Part shown: positions 9,160 to 20,460 of the stretch, in pieces | Layout of the letters: every line of letters begins with the position of its first letter | Numbering within the stretch: the first letter of the stretch is position 1 | Source: Alphaproteobacteria bacterium | Lineage (GTDB): Bacteria; Pseudomonadota; Alphaproteobacteria; JAPOUT01; G958296285 | Length of the DNA stretch: 64,000 nucleotides | Direction: 5' to 3' | Assembly (NCBI GenBank): GCA_965212075.1 | Contig: OZ243043.1 | Location: forward strand, 27,167-91,166 | Program-made: the position numbers and the translations under genes | The notes under the pieces: generated by a model | What the model was told of the DNA's origin: nothing | Database searches by the model: none | Seen by the model: only the letters and a program-made list of their open reading frames with translations

Positions 9160-10118
9160 TAAGCGACATCCAGCCAGTGAATGGAGAAGAGCTGATCGGG
9201 ATCGGTCCAGCTTTTGCGCGGTCTGAAGCCTGTCGAGTCCGCGAGGTCTTGGAATTGCGGGATCGTGAATTTGTAGGATTTTTCGGTATGGATCGGCTCG
9301 TCCTTGCGGATTTTGAACTGATGCGCGCCGAAGGACAGGGTCTGATCGCAGAGGCTGCGCAGGCAGATCTCTATGCAGCCCTGGCTTTCATTATAGACGG
9401 CCTCATGTTTGAAGGCGGCTTGGTTGATTGCGCCATTGAGCTCGCGGTTGATTCTCGTGATGAGGTTGAGCGTGAAGGCGGCGGTGATGCCTGCCCCGTC
9501 GTCATAGGCGGCGTGGACGATGCGGGCGTCTTTTTTCAGATCAACGCCGATGATTAGGCTGCCGCCCGCGCCTAGAGCCGCGCAGAAAGCGCACATTAAT
9601 TTTTTTTGTTCATCGGGCAGAAAATTCCCGATCGTAGAGCCGGGGAAAAATCCGATATTGCAGCAGGCCTGCTCATTTTCCGGAATGGCGGCCAGCTTAA
9701 AAAAATCCGCGCAGATGCCGCCAACAATGACCGACGGAAACTCACGCGCGATCAACGTGATCCGATCCAATAATTGATTGCGGTTAATGTCAATGCCGGT
9801 AAATCCGCTGGGCGCTTGCAGCATATTCAAGATCATGCGCGCTTTCTGGCCGTCGCCCATGCCGAATTCCACCAGATTGACGCGCGGCCCGGCGATACCG
9901 GCCAGCTCGGCGCCGATCTTGCGCAGCAGAGTCATTTCGGTGCGCGTGATGTAATAATCTTCGGTGCGGCAAATATCCTCAAACAGCTTTGAGCCGCGTT
10001 CGTCATAAAGGTATTTTGGCGAGATGGATTTTGGCGTTTTCGCCATGCCGTCGAGCATATCGCTGAGGAAGTCGCCTTGATCGGGCTTATGGTCTTCAAA
10101 AAAGGCGGGCTGCGACAT
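9159..10118 (-). CDS. egtD: Histidine N-alpha-trimethyltransferase (ergothioneine)
   Basis: PKYLYDERGSKLFEDIC..YYITRTE, FFPGSTIGN, AYDDGAGITAAF, HTEKSYKF. ATG at 10118 overlaps the egtB stop. Confidence 0.9.
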   Translation of the reverse strand: MSQPAFFEDHKPDQGDFLSDMLDGMAKTPKSISPKYLYDERGSKLFEDICRTEDYYITRTEMTLLRKIGAELAGIAGPRVNLVEFGMGDGQKARMILNMLQAPSGFTGIDINRNQLLDRITLIAREFPSVIVGGICADFFKLAAIPENEQACCNIGFFPGSTIGNFLPDEQKKLMCAFCAALGAGGSLIIGVDLKKDARIVHAAYDDGAGITAAFTLNLITRINRELNGAINQAAFKHEAVYNESQGCIEICLRSLCDQTLSFGAHQFKIRKDEPIHTEKSYKFTIPQFQDLADSTGFRPRKSWTDPDQLFSIHWLDVA

Positions 10119-11434
10119 CAGCGATCCTCGGCGAGGCGGAGTCCAGAAAATTGCCAGCGCGCCTCTGGAGGAAAGAAGTTGCGATAGCTGGGACGCATCT
10201 GCTCTTTGACGGTCGCGCACGAGCCGCCTTTGAGCACGAATTGGTTGCACATAAATTTGCCGTTATATTCGCCGATAGCGCCCTTGGCGGCGCGATAGCC
10301 CGGATAGGCCATATAGGGGCTTTGTGTCCACTCCCAGACATCGCCGTAGATTTGCCGCAGACCTTTGCCCTGCGCCGGTGCCGGATGAACAGCCAACGCC
10401 TCGCCATCTTTGACCATGTGCCCCAAATTGCCGCAGATCGGCAGAGTCTTTGAGACGATTTCAATCTCCTCCTCGCGCGGGAGTCTTTTTCCCCGCCATG
10501 CGGCATAAGCGGCGGCTTCGTAATAGCTCAGATGAACGACCGGCGCGTCATCGTCGATTTTTTGTTCGCCTGCTAAAGTGAATTCGGTCCAATGATTATC
10601 CCCGCTTTTCTGCCAATAGAGCGGCGCCTTCCACTGCTCTTTTTGTTTTGTCTGCCAGCCATCCGAAAGCCAGAGCGCGGATGTTTCATAGCCGCCATCT
10701 TCCATGAATTGCCGATAGTCGCGATTGGTCACAAGCGTTTCCGCGAGCGCAAATGGCGGAATGAATTTTTTATGCACCGGCGTTTCATTGTCAAAACAAA
10801 AATCCTGTTCTTGCTCCGCGCAGCCAAGCTCGTGAAGGCCGCCGTCAAACGCCGCCCATTTTGAAGGCGATGGCCTTGTATCCGCTCTCTCCGCTTTCGC
10901 CGCTTTTTGATAGATCGCCGGACGCAGAGGATTATGGGCGATCACATGTTTAATGTCGGTCAGCAATAATTCTTGATGCTGCCATTCGTGGCTTAGGCCT
11001 AATAAAATCAAAGGCGAAATTTCACGCCAATTTTTCGTGCTGGCTTCGTCAATGAGCTGGCTCATTTTTTGGTCAATATAAAGACGGTAATCGTGCACTT
11101 CGCTCACCGAAGGGCGCGATAAGAGGCCACGCTCTGCGCGCGGCCATTTATCCCCGATCTGCTCATAGTAGGAGTTGAACAGATAATTATAGGCTGAAAA
11201 TTTCCCCTCTGTTTGGCTCTGGTGCGACGGAAAGAAAGGTTTGAGAATAAAGGTGTCAAAAAACCAGCTCGTATGAGCGAGATGCCATTTTGTTGGGCTA
11301 ACATCTTGCATGGTTTGAATGGTTTGGTCTTCTACGCTGAGTGGCACGGCCAGATTCACGGTCTGATCGCGTGCTGCCAAATAGCTTTTTTTCATGCCGA
11401 CACGATCATCGGGCGCAAAGTTAGAGATGAACAT
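10118..11434 (-). CDS. egtB: Ergothioneine sulfoxide synthase
   Basis: SPTKWHLAHT, YLFNSYYE, HEWQHQE iron motif, C-terminal FGE-like domain GEYNGKFM...YRNFF. Confidence 0.92.
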   Translation of the reverse strand: MFISNFAPDDRVGMKKSYLAARDQTVNLAVPLSVEDQTIQTMQDVSPTKWHLAHTSWFFDTFILKPFFPSHQSQTEGKFSAYNYLFNSYYEQIGDKWPRAERGLLSRPSVSEVHDYRLYIDQKMSQLIDEASTKNWREISPLILLGLSHEWQHQELLLTDIKHVIAHNPLRPAIYQKAAKAERADTRPSPSKWAAFDGGLHELGCAEQEQDFCFDNETPVHKKFIPPFALAETLVTNRDYRQFMEDGGYETSALWLSDGWQTKQKEQWKAPLYWQKSGDNHWTEFTLAGEQKIDDDAPVVHLSYYEAAAYAAWRGKRLPREEEIEIVSKTLPICGNLGHMVKDGEALAVHPAPAQGKGLRQIYGDVWEWTQSPYMAYPGYRAAKGAIGEYNGKFMCNQFVLKGGSCATVKEQMRPSYRNFFPPEARWQFSGLRLAEDR

Positions 11435-11512
11435 TATTGATGCTCTCCATCCTCAGGACAAAATAAAATCGCACGTCTCACCTAGGCGCGTCAAATGTTT
11501 AATTGACCGTGT

Positions 11513-12097
11513 TTAGCGGCCATTTTTGCGCACCACCGAGCTGGATATATCACGGATGGGCGCGGTCAAAAAGGCGATGGCGGGGGGCTGCATAGCGGCG
11601 AGGCTGCGGTTTTGGGCTTCTGGCACGATGTGAGCCGCCAGGCGCGCCGCGAGAGGGCTATGGCGCGCCGCGCGGCTGTCGCCGCGGCGGGGCAAGACCG
11701 CAAGCGGCATCAGATGGGGGATTTCCGCACCGCGATGCCAGAGCGGCAATTGGCAGAAAATATCCGCCCCCATCAAAAAAATAAAGCTGATATTCGCGTG
11801 GCGGCGCATAAGCGCAGACAGGCTGTCAAAACTTTTTGTGAAGCCGTGTTTTTGCTCCAGATCGCTGACGATGATCCATGAAGGCGCGGCGAGATTTTGT
11901 GCGCTTTGGAATCTCTGCGCAAAAGGCGGCTGGTCGGGTTTGAAAGGATTTTGCCGCGCGACAAGCCAGATGACCAGATCAAGGCCGAGCCTTTGGCGCG
12001 CGATTTTGCTGATATGAAGATGGCCCGCATGCGCCGGATTGAACGAGCCGCCCAGAATACCGACGCGATGATGCCCTCGTTGCGGCAAGTGTTTCAT
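11513..12097 (-). CDS. nadD: Nicotinate-nucleotide adenylyltransferase
   Basis: GGSFNPAHAGH, LMGAD, ISSS; follows proA. Confidence 0.9.
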   Translation of the reverse strand: MKHLPQRGHHRVGILGGSFNPAHAGHLHISKIARQRLGLDLVIWLVARQNPFKPDQPPFAQRFQSAQNLAAPSWIIVSDLEQKHGFTKSFDSLSALMRRHANISFIFLMGADIFCQLPLWHRGAEIPHLMPLAVLPRRGDSRAARHSPLAARLAAHIVPEAQNRSLAAMQPPAIAFLTAPIRDISSSVVRKNGR

Positions 12098-13387
12098 TTA
12101 CGGGCGAGTTTGGCCGCTGCCGCGCACGATATATTTGAAGCTGGTCAGTTGTTCGACGCCGACCGGCCCGCGCGCGTGGAATCTGCCGGTCGCGATGCCG
12201 ATTTCAGCGCCCATGCCGAACTCGCCGCCATCGGCGAACTGGGTTGACGCGTTATGCATGACGATCGCGCTATCCACTTGAGATAAAAAGAGCTGCGCGG
12301 TCTCTTGATTTTCGGTGATGATCGATTCAGTGTGAGCGGAGCCATAATGCGCAATGTGATGCATGGCATTTTGGACGCCATCAACAATTTTTATGCTGAC
12401 GATCGCATCAAGATATTCTGTGTGCCAGTCCTCGTTGCTAGCGGGGATAACGGAGTGATCGGCTTTTTGCGCAATTTTTTGCGTAATGTCATCGCCGCGC
12501 ACTTCGCAGCCGGCATCAAGGAGCGTTTTGACCAGCGGATTTAAAATTTTATCCGCCGCCGCGCGATCAACAAGTACGGTTTCCACCGCCCCGCAAATGC
12601 CGGTGCGCCGCATTTTCGCATTCAATGTAATCGCGCAAGCCTTTTCAAGATCGGCATCGCGGTCAATATAGATATGGCAAATGCCTTCAAGATGAGCGAA
12701 CACCGGAATGCGCGCCTCAGTGAGGACGCGTCCGGTCAGATCGCGGCCACCGCGCGGCACGAGAACATCGAGCGCGCCGTCAAGGCCGCTCAACATCATG
12801 CCGACCACAGCGCGGTCGCCCAAAGGGGCGAGCGTGATCGCCGCTTCAGGCAGATCGGCGGCGCGCAGCCCTTGTTGCAGGCAGCTATGAATCATCGTGC
12901 TGCTCTCGGCGCTTTCAGAGCCCGGGCGCAGCAGGCACGCATTGCCCGCTTTGAGGCAGAGGCCTCCGGCATCGGCGGTGACGTTGGGGCGGCTTTCAAA
13001 AATGACCCCGATAACGCCGAGCGGCGTGCGCCGCCGCTCAATATGCAATCCGTTCGGCATCTCCCATGAGGCGATCTTTTGGCCAACCGGATCATCAAGC
13101 GCGGCAATATCTTCGAGTCCTTTGGCCATTGACGCGATGCGCGCTTCATCAAGCTTCAAGCGGTCAATTTTGGCGGCGGTGAGTTTGTCTTGTGCGCGGC
13201 CAATATCGAGCTCATTGGCGGCGAGAAGGTCGCTTTGCCGCTCGCGCAGTATTGTCGCCATCGCCGCAAGCGCATCGTTTTTTTGCGCCGCCGTCGCCTG
13301 CGCCATTTCGGCAGCCGCTTGCTGCGCCGCCTGCCCCAGCGTGAGCATCTCTTTCAAGCGATTATCTTGTTCAGCGCGGCGCGCCAT
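12098..13387 (-). CDS. proA: Gamma-glutamyl phosphate reductase
   Basis: [43 protein letters not shown]. Confidence 0.96.
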   Translation of the reverse strand: MARRAEQDNRLKEMLTLGQAAQQAAAEMAQATAAQKNDALAAMATILRERQSDLLAANELDIGRAQDKLTAAKIDRLKLDEARIASMAKGLEDIAALDDPVGQKIASWEMPNGLHIERRRTPLGVIGVIFESRPNVTADAGGLCLKAGNACLLRPGSESAESSTMIHSCLQQGLRAADLPEAAITLAPLGDRAVVGMMLSGLDGALDVLVPRGGRDLTGRVLTEARIPVFAHLEGICHIYIDRDADLEKACAITLNAKMRRTGICGAVETVLVDRAAADKILNPLVKTLLDAGCEVRGDDITQKIAQKADHSVIPASNEDWHTEYLDAIVSIKIVDGVQNAMHHIAHYGSAHTESIITENQETAQLFLSQVDSAIVMHNASTQFADGGEFGMGAEIGIATGRFHARGPVGVEQLTSFKYIVRGSGQTRP

Positions 13388-13391
13388 ATCT

Positions 13392-15885
<2,494 letters not shown>

Positions 15886-15901
15886 GATGTATCTCGGTCA
15901 T

Positions 15902-16210
15902 CTATCCGGTAATTTTTGCGATTTTGAGCCAGGTCATCTCTTGGCGATGGCCGCCGCGCCGCCGATAATGGGCGCGCCGCTTCTTTTTGAACAGAAAAAT
16001 CTTCCGCAGCCGGTCTTGTTTGATGATCTCGGCCTCAACATGCGCGCCTTCAACAAAGGGCGCGCCGATCTTATCGCCGACCATTAGCACGGAGGATAAT
16101 TTGACGACCTCGCCGACTTTGCCCGGAAGCTTTTCTACGGCAATTTCACCGCCATTCTCAACGCGATATTGCTTGCCGCCTGTTTCAATTATCGCAGACA
16201 TTTTGATCAT
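15902..16210 (-). CDS. rplU: 50S ribosomal protein L21
   Basis: AIIETGGKQYRV, GHRQ. Confidence 0.96.
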   Translation of the reverse strand: MIKMSAIIETGGKQYRVENGGEIAVEKLPGKVGEVVKLSSVLMVGDKIGAPFVEGAHVEAEIIKQDRLRKIFLFKKKRRAHYRRRGGHRQEMTWLKIAKITG

Positions 16211-16288
16211 TCCTTGAATCTAAAGGTGAGGCTATATATAGCCTATTCTGCTAGCCGGTTTCAAGTAAAAGGCTTTAGGCAAAAGGCT

Positions 16289-17557
16289 TTAGGCAAAAGG
16301 TTTTGGCGGCGGCCCGCCGCTAGCCCAATCAAGCAGTTGAACAAAGTGCGCGCTGGGTGCCTCTAGCTGGTCTGACAGGTGCATCAGACAGCCCATATTG
16401 CCGGAAGCGACAATATCCGCGCCGCACGCATTGAGCGCTTCGGCCTTGCGCTCGCGGATTTGTAGCGAGAGCTTGTTTTGCAATAAGTGATAAGTCCCCG
16501 CCCAGCCGCAGCAGGCGTGAGGATCGCGCGGCAGAACGACGCGATATCCGGCTTGTGTGAGCAAATGGCGCGGCAGATCATCAATGCGCTGCCCATGCTG
16601 AAGGGCGCAGGCACCATGCCAGGCGATTGTCTGTCCGGCGCCGGGCGGCCTTTCAAGAGGCTGATAGCCCAAATGTTGCAGCATCTCGCTGACATCCAAA
16701 ACGCACGCGGAAAATTCGCGTGCACGGTCTTCTGCTGGCAGCAGATGGCCATAATCTTTCATCGCGAGACCGCAGCCGGCGGCGTTGGCGATGACATAGT
16801 CAGCATTATCAGGCAGAGCGCAGATATTTTTCCACGCCAGATCACGCGCCGTTTTGCGCTTGCCGAGATGAAGCGGCATGGCACCGCAGCATCCCGCACC
16901 GTGCATGACGGCCAGCTCAATGTTATGGCGGGTGAGAATGCGGATGGTGGCGGCGTCAATCTCGGGCGCGAGCACTTGCTGCGTGCAGCCGGTGAACAGC
17001 ACAGCATGAAGCCGCGTCGGGCCGAGCGCAGGATGAATCACTTCATGAGTCGCTCTGGATTTGCTCAGCGCGCGCAGATCGGTTGGCGTAAAGGCAAGCG
17101 CGGGCTTTAAGCTTTGCGGCAGCAGCCAGGCAAATAATTTTCCGATCAGGCCAAAAAACAATGTCAGCCTGAAGATGAAAGGATGGCGCGTTAAATAATG
17201 AATGAAAGCGCGGTGCATGCGCGCGCGCCAAGGCCGCACTTTGGCGCTTTCAATTTTTGTGCGCGCGAGGTCGGCGAGATGCATATAATCCACCCCCGAC
17301 GGGCAGACCGACATGCACGCCAAGCATGACAGACAGCGATCCATATGTTTGACCAGAGCAGGCGTGATGGTTTCTTTTTCAAGCTGGTCTTGAATCAAAC
17401 CGATGCGGCCACGCGGTCCATCAAGTTCATCGCCGAGCACATTATAGCTGGGGCAATTGGCCGTGCACAAACCGCAATGAACGCAGGAGCGAAAAATCTG
17501 CTGCATTTCGGCAATTTCCGGATCGGCAAGCTGTTCGGCGGTAAAATTTGTGCGCAT
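16289..17557 (-). CDS. glcF: Glycolate oxidase iron-sulfur subunit
   Basis: CVHCGLCTANCP, CLSCLACMSVCPSGV and two CCG domains. Confidence 0.93.
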   Translation of the reverse strand: MRTNFTAEQLADPEIAEMQQIFRSCVHCGLCTANCPSYNVLGDELDGPRGRIGLIQDQLEKETITPALVKHMDRCLSCLACMSVCPSGVDYMHLADLARTKIESAKVRPWRARMHRAFIHYLTRHPFIFRLTLFFGLIGKLFAWLLPQSLKPALAFTPTDLRALSKSRATHEVIHPALGPTRLHAVLFTGCTQQVLAPEIDAATIRILTRHNIELAVMHGAGCCGAMPLHLGKRKTARDLAWKNICALPDNADYVIANAAGCGLAMKDYGHLLPAEDRAREFSACVLDVSEMLQHLGYQPLERPPGAGQTIAWHGACALQHGQRIDDLPRHLLTQAGYRVVLPRDPHACCGWAGTYHLLQNKLSLQIRERKAEALNACGADIVASGNMGCLMHLSDQLEAPSAHFVQLLDWASGGPPPKPFA

Positions 17558-17595
17558 CTTTTTCTTTTAAACCATCTCGCTTAAATGCCAAACTC

Positions 17596-18876
17596 CTAAA
17601 TGCCGAAATATAATCGGCCCGGATTCAAAATGGCTTGAGGGTCAAAAGCCTGCTTGATCCGCGCGGTGAGCGCGGCGAGCGGCGGGGCGAGCGGCGGGAA
17701 AAAGCTCACTTGTTCTCGCGCCTGTTCGTCGGCGCGAATCAAAACCGCCTCAGCGCCATTTTCCACGCAGATATTGCGAATGTAATTAGCTTTGTTCACG
17801 AAGCTTTCTTGATCTTGCGCGCTGTGGCTGAGCCAGATTAGCCCGCCACCCCAATCCATAAAGTAAATCATATCTTCCAGTTCCACCGAAAGCCGCGCGG
17901 TAACACTCGCGGCTAGAGATGGCGGCGCGGAAATGCGCCAAAGCGGCGGCGGCGCATTTTTTGAGGACACAGCAAATAATTCAACATTGCAGATGGTTTG
18001 CCAAAATCGCAATGAAATCTCATTGCCAATGATCGTGATGGGCGCCAAATCTTCAAATAATTTTTTCAGCGCATCAGCCGCTGCGCTTGTCGCGCGCGCC
18101 GTGCCTTCAATTCTCAAGGCGGTGAGCGATTCTTGCGCGTTCAGCTCTGGCCAATTTATGGCCGCTTGTGTCGGAAGATGCACCGCGCCGTTGACGCCAT
18201 GATTTTGAATCAAAGCGCGCTCCATCACTTGGACGGCGACGGCGTCATCAAGCCCGTGCAGAAACACAGAGCGCACCACTTCCGGTTTGGGCATGGTTTT
18301 CAGCGTGACTTCATGCAGCACCGCCAATGTTCCCCATGATCCTGCCATCAATTTGGATAGATCATAGCCGGTGACGTTTTTGACGACCTGTCCTCCCGAT
18401 TGAAACGCTGCGCCATGTCCGGAAATGGCGTGGAAGCCCAAAACGTGATCGCGCGCCGCACCGGCGATGATGCGGCGCGCGCCGGATAAATTGCTGCCAA
18501 TGATGCCGCCGATCGTCCCATTATGGGCGGCATTATGGGGCGCATTATGCGGCGCATGAGGCGCATGAGGCGCATTATGACCAAACAGCGCGCTCCAATC
18601 GGGAGGCTCAAAGGCGAGCATTTGGCCTTTGGCGGCCAGCGCGGCGTTGATGTCGCGCATCGGCGTCGCGGCGCGCGCGGAAATGACAAGCTCCTCAGGA
18701 TGATGGAATAAAATGCCGCTGAGTGCTTTGAGGCAAAGCCGATGCGCGTTTTTGATCGGGCGTCCAATGGCACGCTTGCTGCCGCCGCCAAAAATTTCCA
18801 GCGCGCGATTGCCGTCGCGCGCCCAGCGCAGAGCTTCTTGAATGTCTTTAAGATTTTGCGCTGCCACTTGCGCCAT
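17596..18876 (-). CDS. glcE: Glycolate oxidase FAD subunit
   Basis: LAFEPP, ARDHVLG, GGQVVKNVTGYDLSKL, DWGGGLIW, FDP..ILNPGR. Confidence 0.92.
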   Translation of the reverse strand: MAQVAAQNLKDIQEALRWARDGNRALEIFGGGSKRAIGRPIKNAHRLCLKALSGILFHHPEELVISARAATPMRDINAALAAKGQMLAFEPPDWSALFGHNAPHAPHAPHNAPHNAAHNGTIGGIIGSNLSGARRIIAGAARDHVLGFHAISGHGAAFQSGGQVVKNVTGYDLSKLMAGSWGTLAVLHEVTLKTMPKPEVVRSVFLHGLDDAVAVQVMERALIQNHGVNGAVHLPTQAAINWPELNAQESLTALRIEGTARATSAAADALKKLFEDLAPITIIGNEISLRFWQTICNVELFAVSSKNAPPPLWRISAPPSLAASVTARLSVELEDMIYFMDWGGGLIWLSHSAQDQESFVNKANYIRNICVENGAEAVLIRADEQAREQVSFFPPLAPPLAALTARIKQAFDPQAILNPGRLYFGI

Positions 18877-18878
18877 GA

Positions 18879-20369
18879 TCAGAAGCGCTCCAAATCAGGG
18901 AAGGGCAATTGATTGCGATGAACATGCATGCGGCCAAGCTCGGCGCAGCGGCGCAGCTGGGGAAACATCTTGCCCGGGTTGAGCAGATGATGAGGATCAA
19001 ATGCGCATTTGAGCCGCTGCTGCTGGTTGAGGTCTTCCTCGCTGAACATTAAGGGCATCAAATCGCGCTTTTCAACGCCGACCCCATGCTCGCCGGTCAG
19101 CACGCCGCCGACCTTGACGCATAATTCGAGAATTTCGCGGCCAAAAGCTTCGGCGGTTTCGAGCTGTCCGGCTTGCTGTGCGTCGTAGAGAATCAGCGGG
19201 TGCAGATTGCCGTCGCCCGCATGAAACACATTGGCGACGCCGAGCTGATATTTTTTGCTCAAGCGCGTGATCTCGTGAAGCACAGGAGCAATCTGCGCGC
19301 GCGGAATGGTGCCGTCCATGCAGTAATAGTCGGGCGCGAGACGCCCCACAGCCGGAAAGGCGCTTTTGCGTCCGGCCCAAAATTGTTCGCGCTCATGATC
19401 GTTTTTTGACAGGCGCAAGCTCGTCGCATGATGAGCGCGCGCTAAAGTATCAATGCGCGCCATCAGTTCAAAAACTTCGGCTTCATTGCCATCAAGTTCA
19501 ATGATGAGAAGCGCTTCAGCATTTGTCGGATAGCTGGCTTGAATATAGGCTTCGGCTGCGCCCGCGGCGATTTTATCCATCATCTCCATGCCGGCCGGAA
19601 TGATGCCTGCGCTGATGATGTCGGCGACCATATGACTTGCCGACGCCACCGAGCTAAATCCGATCAAAGCCGCTTGCGCAAATTGCGGCTTAGGCAGCAG
19701 ACGCACAGTGACCTCGGTGATGATCGCCAAAAGCCCCTCCGATCCGGTGAGAATGCCCATCACATCATAGCCGCCGACCGGCTCAATCATTTTGCCGCCA
19801 ATGCTGATCGTGCTGCCATCCATCAACACCGCTTTGAGGCCCAGAAGATTATTCGTCGTCAATCCATATTTGAGGCAGTGAATGCCGCCTGAATTTTCCG
19901 CAACATTGCCGCCGATCGTGCAGGCGATCTGGCTGGAAGGGTCGGGCGCATAATAAAGTCCGTGCGTTTCAACCGCTTTGGTGATCGCCAAATTGGTCAC
20001 GCCGGGCTCTACCACTGCGCAGCGATTGGCGGGGTCAATATCTAAAATGCGATTAAATTTTGACATGCCTAATATAATGCCGTCTTCCAAAGGCAGTGCA
20101 CCGCCGGATAAAGACGTCCCCGCGCCGCGCGCGACGATCTTGATCTTGTTCAGCGCGCAATAGCGCAAAATTTGTGATACTTGCTGTGTCGTTGACGGCA
20201 GCACAACCAGCATCGGTGATTGACGATAGGCGGTTAGGCCGTCGCTGTCATAGATGCGCAGCGCATCGGGATCGGTGATGACGCCTTCGCCCGGCACAAT
20301 CGCCGATAAAGCGCGCGCGATCTCACTGCGCCGCCGCAAAGTCTCCTGATCTGATTTTGGCATATCCAT
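18879..20369 (-). CDS. glcD: Glycolate oxidase subunit
   Basis: APDPSSQIACTIGGNVAENSGG, HAGDGNLHP, GEHGVGVEK. Confidence 0.93.
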   Translation of the reverse strand: MDMPKSDQETLRRRSEIARALSAIVPGEGVITDPDALRIYDSDGLTAYRQSPMLVVLPSTTQQVSQILRYCALNKIKIVARGAGTSLSGGALPLEDGIILGMSKFNRILDIDPANRCAVVEPGVTNLAITKAVETHGLYYAPDPSSQIACTIGGNVAENSGGIHCLKYGLTTNNLLGLKAVLMDGSTISIGGKMIEPVGGYDVMGILTGSEGLLAIITEVTVRLLPKPQFAQAALIGFSSVASASHMVADIISAGIIPAGMEMMDKIAAGAAEAYIQASYPTNAEALLIIELDGNEAEVFELMARIDTLARAHHATSLRLSKNDHEREQFWAGRKSAFPAVGRLAPDYYCMDGTIPRAQIAPVLHEITRLSKKYQLGVANVFHAGDGNLHPLILYDAQQAGQLETAEAFGREILELCVKVGGVLTGEHGVGVEKRDLMPLMFSEEDLNQQQRLKCAFDPHHLLNPGKMFPQLRRCAELGRMHVHRNQLPFPDLERF

Positions 20370-20420
20370 ATGTTATTGCCCCATATCTTCACCTGATTCA
20401 CAACACAATGTGATTGACAA

Positions 20421-20449
20421 TGTGAAGTTGGATTTTGTGGCCTGATATT
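20421..20449 (+). promoter_or_regulatory. Candidate T3SS promoter motif TGTGAAG-N15-TGATATT (copy 1)
   Basis: The same two boxes with identical spacing recur at 24215-24243. Confidence 0.4.
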
Positions 20450-20460
20450 ATCTTAATTTA

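Noticed and set aside
10119-10250. N-terminal extension of egtD in the ORF track
   Set aside because: It overlaps the egtB C-terminus; the coupled ATG at 10118 is more plausible.
10118-11434. Selenoneine synthase (SenA) call
   Set aside because: No senB/senC neighbours; the gene is paired with egtD.
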